From the IMG/VR virus record IMGVR_UViG_3300025015_000010, positions 96,001-160,000 of that record: DNA of 64,000 nucleotides; one strand, given 5' to 3'. The notes below the pieces were generated by a model. It ran no database searches and was not told the origin of the DNA. It saw only the letters and a list, made by a program, of their open reading frames with translations. Position 1 is the stretch's first letter; each line of letters opens with the position of its first letter. Shown one piece after another: positions 1 to 9,488 of this stretch. Origin of the DNA: a virus. A program made the translations under genes and the position numbers.

Positions 1-33
1 GTCGAGGACTATCTAGCCGGTGATGCCGCATTT

Positions 34-579
34 GTGTTTATGCATGTAGGCGCTTTTAGTGAAATACATCAAGAAAACCAGTTTATGACTGGGTATAATC
101 ATAGGAATTTCTATTTTGACGCAGTTGAACTGATCGAGATGGGCGCAATACTGAGGCACCACGATCTATTATTTGAGTACAAGAAGGTCATGTGTAGTAT
201 TGTCAATAATTTTCTTGGCAGCAATTTAGATCGCAATCAGACCGCATATTTTCTTGAGTATGCTGCCTATATGAGTGGCGTAGACGTTAATTGTCGCGAT
301 TCTTGGTCGTTCGATTGTTACCGTGAGTTAGCAGATAATTTCATAGCGGGTTTAAGCCGACTACAAGGTGAGCATAGATTAGGTGAAATGTTCGATAAGG
401 TGTATAAAAAGTGTTTGAAAATCCGAGCCCAGAACGAGCATGTAGGCGACAAGGCAATAAGCATGCTTGAAAGTATGTATGATCACAGAAATCTTTCGAA
501 TGTAGAAATCATCTGGGAAGGCCCACTCCCGACGTATCTAGCTTTGCATGACTCACCTGCTTTTAGGACGGCACAGTGA
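34..579 (+). CDS. hypothetical protein (may be 5'-truncated by window edge)
   Basis: 181-aa ORF, co-oriented with downstream genes. Confidence 0.6.
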   Translation: MFMHVGAFSEIHQENQFMTGYNHRNFYFDAVELIEMGAILRHHDLLFEYKKVMCSIVNNFLGSNLDRNQTAYFLEYAAYMSGVDVNCRDSWSFDCYRELADNFIAGLSRLQGEHRLGEMFDKVYKKCLKIRAQNEHVGDKAISMLESMYDHRNLSNVEIIWEGPLPTYLALHDSPAFRTAQ

Positions 580-649
580 TGGCTAACGAGCACATTAATA
601 AAAATTTGCATATCTATGCTCCTGGATCGCCATATAGAGGAAATGCTAG

Positions 650-1231
650 ATGAGGCTGTTAGGCTATCATGGAACACACGCTGTGTTCAGGAATTTTGAG
701 AAGCGCGGAGGTGTTCGTCAGATACTATTTGCTAGTTTCAAGGTTCCGTCGAATGGTTTTTTCTTTTCTGACAATCTCGATGACGCGGCTGGTTTCGGGC
801 CTAATGTGATTGTTGCTAATCTAATTTTGCGACGGCCATTAGTATTTCCCGAGCACGATAAGCACGCCGCGTTCTGGAACAATGAATTCTCTTACTTTTT
901 CGGTCAAGATATGGACGAAGCGGCTACAGTGTGGCAGAGCGATTTGGATTATATTTTTGCCCCGCTCATCCAAGAAGATCATGGCAAGTTCGTCGTTGAT
1001 CTAGGCTCAACTAGGTACTATGTTGATCCTAACGACATAGATTGGTCAGAGTTTGCAGTTCTGAGTGGCGGCGTTGAATGGAATATATTGGATAATCCGG
1101 ATGTTGTGGTCCGCATGCAAGAACGTGGCTATGATGGAACAGTGGTGTATGAGCCAGGAACATATAGTGGCTATTCTTATTTTGTGATTGATCAAAGCCA
1201 GATAGAAATTTTAGAGATAGTCCGAAGATGA
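650..1231 (+). CDS. ADP-ribosyltransferase-like protein (ART-PolyVal-like)
   Basis: YHGT, GFFFS, and C-terminal GYDG..V...Y.V....QI pattern typical of H-Y-type ART folds. Confidence 0.6.
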   Translation: MRLLGYHGTHAVFRNFEKRGGVRQILFASFKVPSNGFFFSDNLDDAAGFGPNVIVANLILRRPLVFPEHDKHAAFWNNEFSYFFGQDMDEAATVWQSDLDYIFAPLIQEDHGKFVVDLGSTRYYVDPNDIDWSEFAVLSGGVEWNILDNPDVVVRMQERGYDGTVVYEPGTYSGYSYFVIDQSQIEILEIVRR

Positions 1232-1773
1232 TTAAATATCTAGCTGCCATGTTGTTACTATTATCTACAGCACATGCTCAGGAAAATTCAGTGGCCGAAG
1301 CAATGGCAAAATTTTCTGTAGATACCGATTTGACTCAGCCAGTGGATATTACTGCTGAAGATTTTGAGACATATTTTAAGCAGAAAGGTGCAAAGGGCAT
1401 GTTGGGTACGGGGGAAGCCTTCGTGGCCGCTCAAGAGAAATATGGTATCAACGCTGTATACATCATGGCCCATGCAGCCTGGGAATCTGGATGGGGAAAG
1501 TCCTGGATAGCACAAAACAAGAAAAATTTGTTCGGTTACGGCGCTTATGACAGATCACCTGCAAAATCAGCTTGGACTTTTGAGACCTACACCGACGGTG
1601 TAGATATCGTAATGTCACATGTCAAGGAAGACTACTTGACACCTGGTGGTAAGTATTGGAGCGGGGCGCCGTCGCTACGAGGAATGAACAATGCATATGC
1701 CACAGATAAAACCTGGCAGTTTGGTATTACGTCGATTATGAATGGGTTAGGCTTATGCCTTATTTACATGTAA
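1228..1773 (+). CDS. GH73 glucosaminidase-domain peptidoglycan hydrolase, C-terminus replaced by transposon end
   Basis: signal peptide; AHAAWESGWG, NLFG, YATD motifs; native sequence ends at 1747 and resumes in frame at 11501. Confidence 0.85.
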   Translation: MIKYLAAMLLLLSTAHAQENSVAEAMAKFSVDTDLTQPVDITAEDFETYFKQKGAKGMLGTGEAFVAAQEKYGINAVYIMAHAAWESGWGKSWIAQNKKNLFGYGAYDRSPAKSAWTFETYTDGVDIVMSHVKEDYLTPGGKYWSGAPSLRGMNNAYATDKTWQFGITSIMNGLGLCLIYM

Positions 1774-1936
1774 GGTTCCAGTTAGCCTAAACGCCCCGAT
1801 AAATAGCTAACAAAAGCCGTTTAGGGCACTAATGCCAGGATGTCTAGTCTTGGTTCTTATCGACGGCCAAGTCCTGTCCAAGGGGTTTTACGGTGTTTTG
1901 AGTAACATAGACGACCATCTTTATAGGGAGGTCGTC

Positions 1937-2347
1937 ATGGGCAGTATACAGAGGGCTAAACTAGTCGAGGCAGCGTCCCAGAGGTTAGAAAAGGAACGAA
2001 TAGCTTTCTACGATTATCTCGCTGAGTTGACTAATGCTGATTTTGTCGCAGAGAGTGGGATAGCCAGAGGAGAAATGGAGCGACGCAAATTAGTTTTAGA
2101 ATCTCGCCAGGCGGAATATGATAAGGAATTTAAAATGTACATTCAGGATTTACATGAAGAAAACATAAGAGAAAGTCAGAGAATTTCAGCAGAGAGTCAG
2201 AAACTCACGGCATCGAGTCTTCGGTGGAGCAAGATTGCTGCTGCGGCGGTTATTGCTTATGCAGTAGCTACTGGAGTACAAATCTATTTTTCTATTATTT
2301 GGCATGTACCCGCAAATGTGCCTATACTTGTTCGATTGATACGTTAA
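1937..2347 (+). CDS. hypothetical cargo protein, coiled-coil plus C-terminal membrane anchor
   Basis: GGGAGG RBS before ATG 1937; hydrophobic C-terminal segment. Confidence 0.65.
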   Translation: MGSIQRAKLVEAASQRLEKERIAFYDYLAELTNADFVAESGIARGEMERRKLVLESRQAEYDKEFKMYIQDLHEENIRESQRISAESQKLTASSLRWSKIAAAAVIAYAVATGVQIYFSIIWHVPANVPILVRLIR

Positions 2348-2395
2348 TAGACACATTCCTCGGAGTAATTTCCGAGGAATGTGTCTATTACTTAG

Positions 2396-4375
2396 TTACG
2401 CCCCAAATCCTCGTACTTCCGGCCCATCTTCCCAACGGTCCTTAAGAACCGACTGGACAGCCTCTAACAATACTTCCTGGCTCAGTACAGTCAACCCTCG
2501 ATGCTCAACCAGTCTCACGGCGTAAAGCAGAGATTTTTTGATTTCCCCGCCCGATAACTCAGCCTGGGCCAACTCTTCAAAATTCACGTTACCTAGCTTG
2601 GTACAGTCCGCCAGTAGCCCGCGCCAGATAGCTTCCCTGGCTTCTTCGTCTGGCAAGTCGAATTCCAGGACAGCCGCAACGCGCCGAATAAGTGCCTCGT
2701 CTAGGGCTTCCTTTCGGTTGGTCGCTAGAATTACGCAGCCGTTGAAGCGTTCGATTTCTTGGAGCAGCACGGCCACGTCTTGAGCTTCCCACGTGTGGCT
2801 AGTCCCGCTACGGGCGTAGAACAGACTATCGGCTTCGTCAAAGAACAGCACGGCCTTGCCTTCGTGGTCGTCTTTAGCCGTTTGGAACACTTTGGCGATG
2901 TGCTTCTGAGTCATGCCAACCCAATGGCTGATTAGCTGGCTGGAATCGACGGTCAGCAACGGCCAGCCGAGTTCACCGGCTACGGCTTGCGCGGCGAGTG
3001 TCTTGCCTGTTCCTGGTAGCCCCGAAAACAACAATCCAGGCCCGGTTCCGTAAGCTATCTTCTTGTCCAGCCCCCAATCGGCTAGGTAAGAACGGTCAGA
3101 CTTCAGGGCTGAAATCGTCATTTCGATGGTTTCGCGGTGAGCATCAGGCAAAACCACGTCGGCAAGTTTCACTATGGGTCGAATACACCGTAGCGAGCCG
3201 CCCGCCTCTATCGCTTCGGGCTCCGATTTCCCAGGCTTGGCTATAAAGTCAACGTCTCCATGCCCAAGGAGATAACGCGCCAAGTCTTCGTCTACGTAGA
3301 AATCTGTCGCTTCAACATGTCCTGCCTTGCCAGAAACTCGCACAAGGCCAGATGTGTGCAATCTGGCCTCAGGGTAAAGATAGCGGCGCAAGTCTAAGCG
3401 TACCGCTCTAGTTCCACCCATGACCTCAAGGAGTAGCCTTCCTGGCGTTTTGGGTCGTCCTGCTGGCTCGTCATTTCCACCGAACATAAAGAACGGCCTA
3501 TCATCGCTGGTATCCCGGCCATTCAGAGCAAGAAACACCAGTGCGTCAATTTCAGGACTGGCTAGATGTTCCTGCCTGGCCAGATGGTGTAACGGTGTAT
3601 CGTCCCAACGGGCAGATTCGCGTTCCACGATAAGCGCCCGCTCCAGTTTGCATAGCTTGTCTTGAGCCTCGGCATCTTCGTCGTCGTCATCGAGTGCCCA
3701 AGGTGGCCTACGTAGTCTCCTGGGTCGTTCTGTGCAGCGGCCCGCCCTGGCTTCACAGCATTTCAATATCAAGTCCAAATAATCGGTATAAGTAGCGCAT
3801 GGAGCCACACTCGAAGACGGTTCAGGCACGCCGTAGTCTTGCCCCGTGAGTCTGGTTAGCAGCACTTCACCGACTCGATAGCCTTTGAGTTCGTGCCAGC
3901 GACCGTTTTCAAGTTGTATAACCAACTTGGATTTAATGAGTGGTGCGTTTCTATGCAAGGCACGACTAGCTAGAATCCTGTCCATCGCCTGGGTACTCAA
4001 GGCAGGTAATATTGCTGTAATTTCTCGCTCAGGCCCGCCTTTGCTATCCGCCGCGAGCAACAGCCAAAGTATGCTTTCTTCGATGGCTGTCAGTGATAAC
4101 TCACCGATGATCTTATCCCAAAGCAACACACAGCCTTGTTCCTGGGCTGCACGGCGAAGTTCAGCCATGCTCGCCCGGATAGGTGTAGTCTCTAATAATA
4201 AATCTCTGGGTGGCGCTTCAGGTGGGATTTCTACAGGTGACATAGCCCGGCGTGCGTGTCGCAAGTACCTGGGCAGTTCTTCGGGCGGGGAACCAATGCT
4301 GTCTAGTACATTTCCGAGCCGAAACCCAAGCTCAAGGAAATTGCGGTCCAACTCGGTAAGCGGGTTATCCTGCAT
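2396..4375 (-). CDS. AAA+ ATPase with long N-terminal extension (transposon cargo)
   Basis: Walker A GLPGTGKT, Walker B VLFFDEAD, ATN sensor, LDEALIRR arginine finger; AGGAG RBS. Confidence 0.9.
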   Translation of the reverse strand: MQDNPLTELDRNFLELGFRLGNVLDSIGSPPEELPRYLRHARRAMSPVEIPPEAPPRDLLLETTPIRASMAELRRAAQEQGCVLLWDKIIGELSLTAIEESILWLLLAADSKGGPEREITAILPALSTQAMDRILASRALHRNAPLIKSKLVIQLENGRWHELKGYRVGEVLLTRLTGQDYGVPEPSSSVAPCATYTDYLDLILKCCEARAGRCTERPRRLRRPPWALDDDDEDAEAQDKLCKLERALIVERESARWDDTPLHHLARQEHLASPEIDALVFLALNGRDTSDDRPFFMFGGNDEPAGRPKTPGRLLLEVMGGTRAVRLDLRRYLYPEARLHTSGLVRVSGKAGHVEATDFYVDEDLARYLLGHGDVDFIAKPGKSEPEAIEAGGSLRCIRPIVKLADVVLPDAHRETIEMTISALKSDRSYLADWGLDKKIAYGTGPGLLFSGLPGTGKTLAAQAVAGELGWPLLTVDSSQLISHWVGMTQKHIAKVFQTAKDDHEGKAVLFFDEADSLFYARSGTSHTWEAQDVAVLLQEIERFNGCVILATNRKEALDEALIRRVAAVLEFDLPDEEAREAIWRGLLADCTKLGNVNFEELAQAELSGGEIKKSLLYAVRLVEHRGLTVLSQEVLLEAVQSVLKDRWEDGPEVRGFGA

Positions 4376-4473
4376 GGGCGTTCTCCTTTTTAGGACAAAG
4401 CTTATTTGTTCTTGGACCGAATTTCTCCATTATTGGTATTTATTTGTCATCCTAAGTTGGATGATGGTCAGGC

Positions 4474-4501
4474 ATTATACACAATAGGTACATAATGTCA
4501 A
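4474..4501 (-). promoter_or_regulatory. sigma70-type promoter for the AAA ATPase
   Basis: TTGACA-16-TATAAT on minus strand. Confidence 0.7.
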
Positions 4502-4530
4502 GGATGAACTGTGCATATTAGTGCTAGAAT
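4501..4530 (+). promoter_or_regulatory. putative phage-type promoter motif, copy 1
   Basis: AGGAT-N14-AGTGCTAGAAT; same spacing as four other copies. Confidence 0.55.
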
Positions 4531-4536
4531 TAAATT

Positions 4537-4716
4537 ATGTCTAAACCCATGATTCAGTCACCGCCCGAAATCGACAAAGATGAGATGTCTAATCGTATTT
4601 TTAGTTTCCTTTCATCAGAAGGCCTATCGTTAAAAGAGATGTGGGAAGTCGGTGACTGGTTTTCTAAAGAAGCTCATCTTAAATATGTCGAGGCTAGACA
4701 AAGACTTTCTCACTAG
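4537..4716 (+). CDS. small hypothetical protein (59 aa, not in ORF track)
   Basis: ATG just after motif copy 1; MSKPMIQSPPEIDKDEM...QRLSH. Confidence 0.45.
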   Translation: MSKPMIQSPPEIDKDEMSNRIFSFLSSEGLSLKEMWEVGDWFSKEAHLKYVEARQRLSH

Positions 4717-4993
4717 TATTCGGTTTTAATGCCAGGCGTAGGTTGTCTATAACCCTGGAGTCATTTACTCCAGACATAGCAATAATAAAAGCCACAGCGC
4801 CTAGATAGGCATTGTCACTTAGCTTTAAGTTCAGAGCGTCTTTCCCTCCGACACTGACAGCTAACGTATTGATATACTTACCGAGTGAAGTTAAATCATA
4901 GCCAACCGGAAGCCACTGCACTGGCTGATGCCCCATGACATAGGCAACACGACCAAGAACAGTTGTTGGGTCAATGATGTTTACCGTGTCCAT
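4694..4993 (-). CDS. hypothetical cargo protein
   Basis: AGGAGG RBS before MDTVNII. Confidence 0.65.
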   Translation of the reverse strand: MDTVNIIDPTTVLGRVAYVMGHQPVQWLPVGYDLTSLGKYINTLAVSVGGKDALNLKLSDNAYLGAVAFIIAMSGVNDSRVIDNLRLALKPNTSEKVFV

Positions 4994-5096
4994 GAGTGCC
5001 TCCTTTAGTGGCTTAATTTCAAAACCAACTGTAACAACGCTTGGCACTCGCCCCGGAGTTCGCCTCCATCCTTCCTTTGATTTACTGTGCTCTAGG

Positions 5097-5957
5097 TTAA
5101 GGTTGCCAAGTTTCAATAACTACGATCATAAAACCATCTGGCCCTTGCCAGTCATCGCCGCTTGAACATCCTAGTCCGTGGACGTTTGGGCAGAGCACCA
5201 AAGGTCCACTTTGGTCGGCAATGAATTCGGTGGCGTCGCCCATTCCGCGTGGGTTTACAGGATCAATTCCTACACCAAATAGAAGTTGCATAGGTTTGCC
5301 AACAGGGAACATGCGTGAGTCACCGAAGGACTCTGCCTCAGATGATCCTTCAGGCCCGTGGTATCGCCAGTCAGACGCACATCGCCATTTGCCTTTAGCG
5401 CGTATTCTTATGTGATCCCCCGCTTGGATTGTAACTTTAGAAACATTTTGCCATCTTCCGTCACCGATTAATAATCCTACTCGTTGCTTGTAATTATGCG
5501 TATTGTCTGGAGTCCCGGCAGAGGTTATTTCGGCAAGCCAAGAGGTAATACTCTCTAGTAGCGGTGCCAAAGACGCGATAGTCTTCTCGCCTAGTCCATT
5601 AGGGTGGCCTGGGGGCTCAATTCTGGATTGGATTGTCGCTATTCCAGCCCAAACCAACTCTCGTTGTAGCGCCAAGTATTCGTCGCGTAACTGCGTGGGA
5701 GAAGCAGCTTGTTCTGCTACGGATAGTTTCTTTCTTAACGATTGATTTTCTTGTTGAAGTTGTACAACGGTGTCAGAAGAGGTCACAGGTGTTGCACGGT
5801 TGGTGGCGTTCAACTCTCGTTGTAGTGCATCGATCTTATGCTGAAGTTCAGCAATGGCTGTCACGTCTGGTGTGGCTGATGCTGCGGGCGTGCTGTTACC
5901 GCATCCGGCTAAAGCTAACCACGCCGCGCATAAACCTCCTAGTGCCCACTGTCCCAT
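5097..5957 (-). CDS. lipoprotein with coiled coil and C-terminal beta domain (possibly LecA/PA-IL-like)
   Basis: lipobox LAGC after hydrophobic signal; W...V.I.AGD.IRI.A.G.W pattern. Confidence 0.7.
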   Translation of the reverse strand: MGQWALGGLCAAWLALAGCGNSTPAASATPDVTAIAELQHKIDALQRELNATNRATPVTSSDTVVQLQQENQSLRKKLSVAEQAASPTQLRDEYLALQRELVWAGIATIQSRIEPPGHPNGLGEKTIASLAPLLESITSWLAEITSAGTPDNTHNYKQRVGLLIGDGRWQNVSKVTIQAGDHIRIRAKGKWRCASDWRYHGPEGSSEAESFGDSRMFPVGKPMQLLFGVGIDPVNPRGMGDATEFIADQSGPLVLCPNVHGLGCSSGDDWQGPDGFMIVVIETWQP

Positions 5958-6033
5958 ATCCTGCCTCCCTCCGAGAGGCGGCGTAATCGTCCTTCCATGA
6001 GAAAGGCGGGTACGCCGCTGATTGGTACTTCCC

Positions 6034-6127
6034 CTCGGTCGCACGAGTATCAATAGGGAAGGAGCACGCTATGTCCCCGTCCTCTGGGCGGGTACGTGCT
6101 GGCGTGCTCCCTACTCGTGCGACCGAG
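6034..6127 (-). promoter_or_regulatory. structured leader / sRNA upstream of outer-element lipoprotein gene
   Basis: perfect 16-bp closing stem 6034-6049/6112-6127 with nested stems; TTGCCT-17-TATCCT promoter at 6135-6163 (-). Confidence 0.55.
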
Positions 6128-6180
6128 TGCCAACAGGATATCAGAAACAACTCAAAAAGGCAAGAAGTTACTTGGAGCCA

Positions 6181-6210
6181 AGGACGGGCGTCCTCAAATA
6201 GTGCTAGACT
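6181..6210 (+). promoter_or_regulatory. putative phage-type promoter motif, copy 2 (upstream of outer transposase)
   Basis: AGGAC-N14-AGTGCTAGACT. Confidence 0.65.
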
Positions 6211-6248
6211 TCAAATAGCAATTGCCACATAACCAACTGGAGTTAGAG

Positions 6249-6398
6249 ATGTCTAGCACATTACCGTTTCCAAGAACTGATTATGAGTTCTACGAATTGT
6301 TTCCAAATGACCATGCGTGCATTGAATACTTAACCGCGCTACGGTGGCCAGATGGCTTCGTATGCCCGCACTGTGAGTCCCACGAAGGCTATTGGAAT
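6249..6398 (+). pseudogene. IS1595 transposase of outer element, N-terminal 50 codons
   Basis: RWPDGFVCPHC Zn-ribbon start; joins in frame to 10563. Confidence 0.92.
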
Positions 6399-6578
6399 CA
6401 GGCTTATCCGTTATTTGCCGGTAAGGCTTAGGTTAGCCTAAAAAGGCCAATAAATGCCCTTTGCGGCATTTAATCCCGCACGATATGTCCGGGGCAGACC
6501 CAATAGGGCTAATCCTGAGTTAGCATTTTTACGAGGTTTCATCGTCAGTTTCAAACACAGCTAGTCAGGAGACATTTT

Positions 6579-6704
6579 ATGAAGACGCTGGGAGTTATCG
6601 GTATAAGCGCCTTACTCGCTTATAGCATATTTCAGTTATTGGCCTTCGTCGGCCCAGGGAAAATATCGATGCCAATGTACGAGGGCACTCATAAGACAAA
6701 TTAG
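6579..6704 (+). CDS. small membrane peptide (41 aa)
   Basis: AGGAG RBS; MKTLGVIGISALLAYSIFQLLAFVGPG. Confidence 0.45.
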   Translation: MKTLGVIGISALLAYSIFQLLAFVGPGKISMPMYEGTHKTN

Positions 6705-7171
6705 TCACTAGTCTTTTCCCTGCGGAATATGAAGTACAAAGTCAGTGCTGCTAGAGAAGCCGAAGTAGCGAGTTGGATTACTTTCTTTTGTACTTGTGTA
6801 GAATATGCTTTTTTGTAATAGCACATGTTTTTGAAATGTTCGCAGTTGAATCTCTTTGTCCACTGAACATTAATCAGTGCTTCAGCCCGTGCAATAATTT
6901 GGTTAGCATGTTCTGGACTCTTAGGGTATCCCGCCGTAACAGCCCCGGATTTTACGGCTTCAATTCTTCCTCCGTGATCTTCTATGAATGTTTTGAAGAA
7001 TTCAGCCTTTGTAACTTTCGCGACACCTGCATTACTGTTGTTTGGCGAGTTGTGATAATAATGTCCTGCACCGTCGTAAATTCCATAATGGTCTACCTTA
7101 ATTGGTAGTCCTTTATAGACGGCGGGGATGTCGTGCAAGACTATGTACCAACCTTTCAACTTCGCGCTCAT
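6701..7171 (-). CDS. LRAT-like permuted NlpC/P60 protein with C-terminal membrane anchor
   Basis: HYGIY...H and NCEHF catalytic motifs; AGGAG RBS. Confidence 0.8.
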   Translation of the reverse strand: MSAKLKGWYIVLHDIPAVYKGLPIKVDHYGIYDGAGHYYHNSPNNSNAGVAKVTKAEFFKTFIEDHGGRIEAVKSGAVTAGYPKSPEHANQIIARAEALINVQWTKRFNCEHFKNMCYYKKAYSTQVQKKVIQLATSASLAALTLYFIFRREKTSD

Positions 7172-7292
7172 AATTTTACTCCTAGATAATTTGAGCCGCG
7201 TTTCGTCCGGCCTGAGTCTATCGGTTGAACCTAGCACCGTCTAGGTTCCTATTGACAAGCTGCCATCCGGCTCTTTATCCTACTTCAAGTTA

Positions 7293-7442
7293 CGTCACCG
7301 GGCTGTAGTACATAGGGAGAAACTCTGTTTTCTCCTCGGGGAGCAAGCCCCGCCCTGTCCATTGGGGACAGGCGCGGCGGCTATGCTTGCTCCCCACCTT
7401 GCCCGGTGACGGACAGTACGCCGTTCGCGTCTGTCCTTTTTA
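7293..7442 (+). ncRNA. structured leader / sRNA followed by terminator-like hairpin
   Basis: TTGACA-18-TATCCT at 7252-7281; 11-bp stems 7293-7303/7401-7411 and 7338-7348/7385-7395; hairpin plus T-run to 7442. Confidence 0.5.
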
Positions 7443-7466
7443 TTTGCCTTCGGGCAAGGAGGCGGT

Positions 7467-7851
7467 ATGGGCAAGGCAATGTTCTTGGCCATTGTTTTAA
7501 TTTCGTTTTTAGGTGGTTGCTCGTCCGTAGCAACTATGCGCGAGGCCGATCCCACCGAGGGCGCGTCGAAAACATATTCCGCTGATGTGCAACGGGTGGT
7601 AGACGCAGTCAGGCAAGCTATAACAGATGCAGGCTTCCCGTGTAGACGGCGGTGGCTGGTCAATCGTTGCAAGTAAGGGAATGTCAGCGTTTAGCTACGG
7701 CGAGTTTGTACGTGTCATGGTCGCTCCAGCATCGAACCCTAAGTCGTCTATTGTGCATGTTCTTACACGGCGGCGACTGGCCACAAATGTCACGGCCAAG
7801 GGTGATTACTCAGAAGCTATATTTGCTGGTATAGACCTTAGATTGCAATAA
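7467..7851 (+). pseudogene. lipoprotein, frameshifted near 7640
   Basis: lipobox LGGC; protein-like sequence continues in the 7627..7851 frame. Confidence 0.6.
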
Positions 7852-7896
7852 TTGTTTAGCTTCGCGGATTCATTGACTATTGCTGGAGAATTTTCG

Positions 7897-8874
7897 ATGC
7901 TTAGAAATGTGATATACGGGTTTTCGGTGGCCCTGTTGTTTAGTGCTTGTGGAGGTGGCGGCGGGTCGTCCAGTGCAGCACCAGTGCCAGGACTTCAAAC
8001 ACTAGTAGTTCCGTCTGTAAGTGATGTCAGGTTGGACGATGTAAATAGCCAGGGTATTATGCCGAAGAATTTACTTCTTGCTAGTGGAGTTTGGCTTACT
8101 GATCTAACAGGTGATGCCGTCGGAGGCAGTAGCGAGAGAGATATCAGTAGTATGGGCTTATTGCGAGACAAGAATAGCCTGTATGTGGCTTTAGTATTGA
8201 CCGCAGGAGGTGTTCCTGACGTGTCTGGCACCATACAGTATATTTTTAAGATTCAGGCCAGTGGAGCTACACAGAGGTTCGCGTTTAATGGGGATCTTAC
8301 TGGATATGAACCTCTTGTGAGCAAATTCACTGGGACTAATAACGTTACCACCACAGTAATTACTGATGGTCTTGGCGAGGTTTATGCTAATGCTATCATA
8401 TTTGAGATTCCCCTTGCTAACATTACAAACAGCGGCGGAGGGTTATCAGGAATAACAGCAACTGGTTATGTTCAGGCCGCCAATGTAGTAGCCGATAGCA
8501 CGCCGAGTGTATTGCTCGATTTTGGAGGTTACGTGCCCCTAGGTGACGCTAGTAATGATGGCACCTTTAGTAGCCTTCCCGTGTATGTTGCCCCACTGGT
8601 TACTGTTATTTCACTCAATCAGTCTGTGACAGTTGAGTGGTTTGTTGGAAATCCACCAGTAACTACAATTATTGAAACCGATATTCGGTGGCGTCCGAGT
8701 ACGATTGCTACGACCACTGTTGGAACTCAACATGCTATGTCAAATCCGGGGACGATTACTTCGTTTACCGATTCTTTTCTGCCGACAGCCCGAGGAACTT
8801 GGTTATTTTCTGTCTATGTAACCGACGGAGTGACAGAAGCAACTTCGACGGAGAAAGTTGTGATTGTTCAGTAA
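7897..8874 (+). CDS. surface lipoprotein with beta-rich domains
   Basis: GGAG RBS; FSAC-GGGGGSSS lipoprotein signal; Thr/Val/Gly-rich. Confidence 0.75.
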   Translation: MLRNVIYGFSVALLFSACGGGGGSSSAAPVPGLQTLVVPSVSDVRLDDVNSQGIMPKNLLLASGVWLTDLTGDAVGGSSERDISSMGLLRDKNSLYVALVLTAGGVPDVSGTIQYIFKIQASGATQRFAFNGDLTGYEPLVSKFTGTNNVTTTVITDGLGEVYANAIIFEIPLANITNSGGGLSGITATGYVQAANVVADSTPSVLLDFGGYVPLGDASNDGTFSSLPVYVAPLVTVISLNQSVTVEWFVGNPPVTTIIETDIRWRPSTIATTTVGTQHAMSNPGTITSFTDSFLPTARGTWLFSVYVTDGVTEATSTEKVVIVQ

Positions 8875-8893
8875 GTCCGTAGTACCGCAAATA

Positions 8894-8941
8894 AACAGTC
8901 GTGTTTGCCTTTTCATTGAGACAAACACGACTGTTTTATTT
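8894..8941. terminator. intrinsic terminator-like hairpin
   Basis: AAACAGTCGTGTTTG ... CAAACACGACTGTTT followed by T-rich run. Confidence 0.65.
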
Positions 8942-8996
8942 TCGCTCATAATTCAACCTGTATGAGCATATCAAAAGCAAGTTATATGTTTTGTCA

Positions 8997-9026
8997 AGGA
9001 CAGTATCTAGTAAATAGTGCTAGACT
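8997..9026 (+). promoter_or_regulatory. putative phage-type promoter motif, copy 3 (upstream of orf9073 and inner transposase)
   Basis: AGGAC-N14-AGTGCTAGACT. Confidence 0.65.
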
Positions 9027-9072
9027 TACAATAGGCACGTTACTTGTAAATTTATAATTAGGAGAAAATGGC

Positions 9073-9459
9073 ATGTCAATCTACATACCCGAGAGCGCGG
9101 ATATATCAGGTTTGGACGCATCATTCTGGAAGAAGAAAAAGAAGCCTGCCCCCGCTGTTAAACTGTCAGATAAATTGATGAAAGTTAAGACTTCAGCAGA
9201 ACAGAGCATGTTTAGTACAAAAGCTATTAGGATGACGACTGAACAAAGGTGCATTGCAATTGGTGGACGCTGGGACTCATCTACCAATAAGTGCTTCAAA
9301 CGAGTATGTAACAGCGCTGATATAACTTTGCCACAGCCAGTAGACCCTTATGCTCAGGCAAAGGCTGATTGTGCTGCTAAGGGCGGGCAGTGGTATCCAT
9401 TTGCTAACCCACAGAAGTGCTTCAAACGAGTATGTAACGAGGCTGATGCTGGATTTTAG
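9073..9459 (+). CDS. small Lys-rich protein with two Cys repeats (C...GG.W...KCFKRVCN.AD)
   Basis: AGGAG RBS; internal repeat visible in DNA (AAGTGCTTCAAACGAGTATGTAAC twice). Confidence 0.75.
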   Translation: MSIYIPESADISGLDASFWKKKKKPAPAVKLSDKLMKVKTSAEQSMFSTKAIRMTTEQRCIAIGGRWDSSTNKCFKRVCNSADITLPQPVDPYAQAKADCAAKGGQWYPFANPQKCFKRVCNEADAGF

Positions 9460-9488
9460 GCCAATTAACCTAGTTGATCGGATGAGTA

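Noticed and set aside
624-652. Possible sixth copy of the alternative promoter motif (GGAT-N14-AATGCTAGAT)
   Set aside because: Two mismatches, and it overlaps the RBS and start codon of orf650
3885-4487. 200-aa plus-strand ORF
   Set aside because: Antisense shadow of the AAA ATPase
6222-6431. Independent small transposase ORF, with 10611..11423 as a separate gene
   Set aside because: They are two halves of one gene split by the inner element
7295-7672. 125-aa minus-strand ORF
   Set aside because: Overlaps the lipoprotein gene and hairpin leader; no RBS or protein-like features
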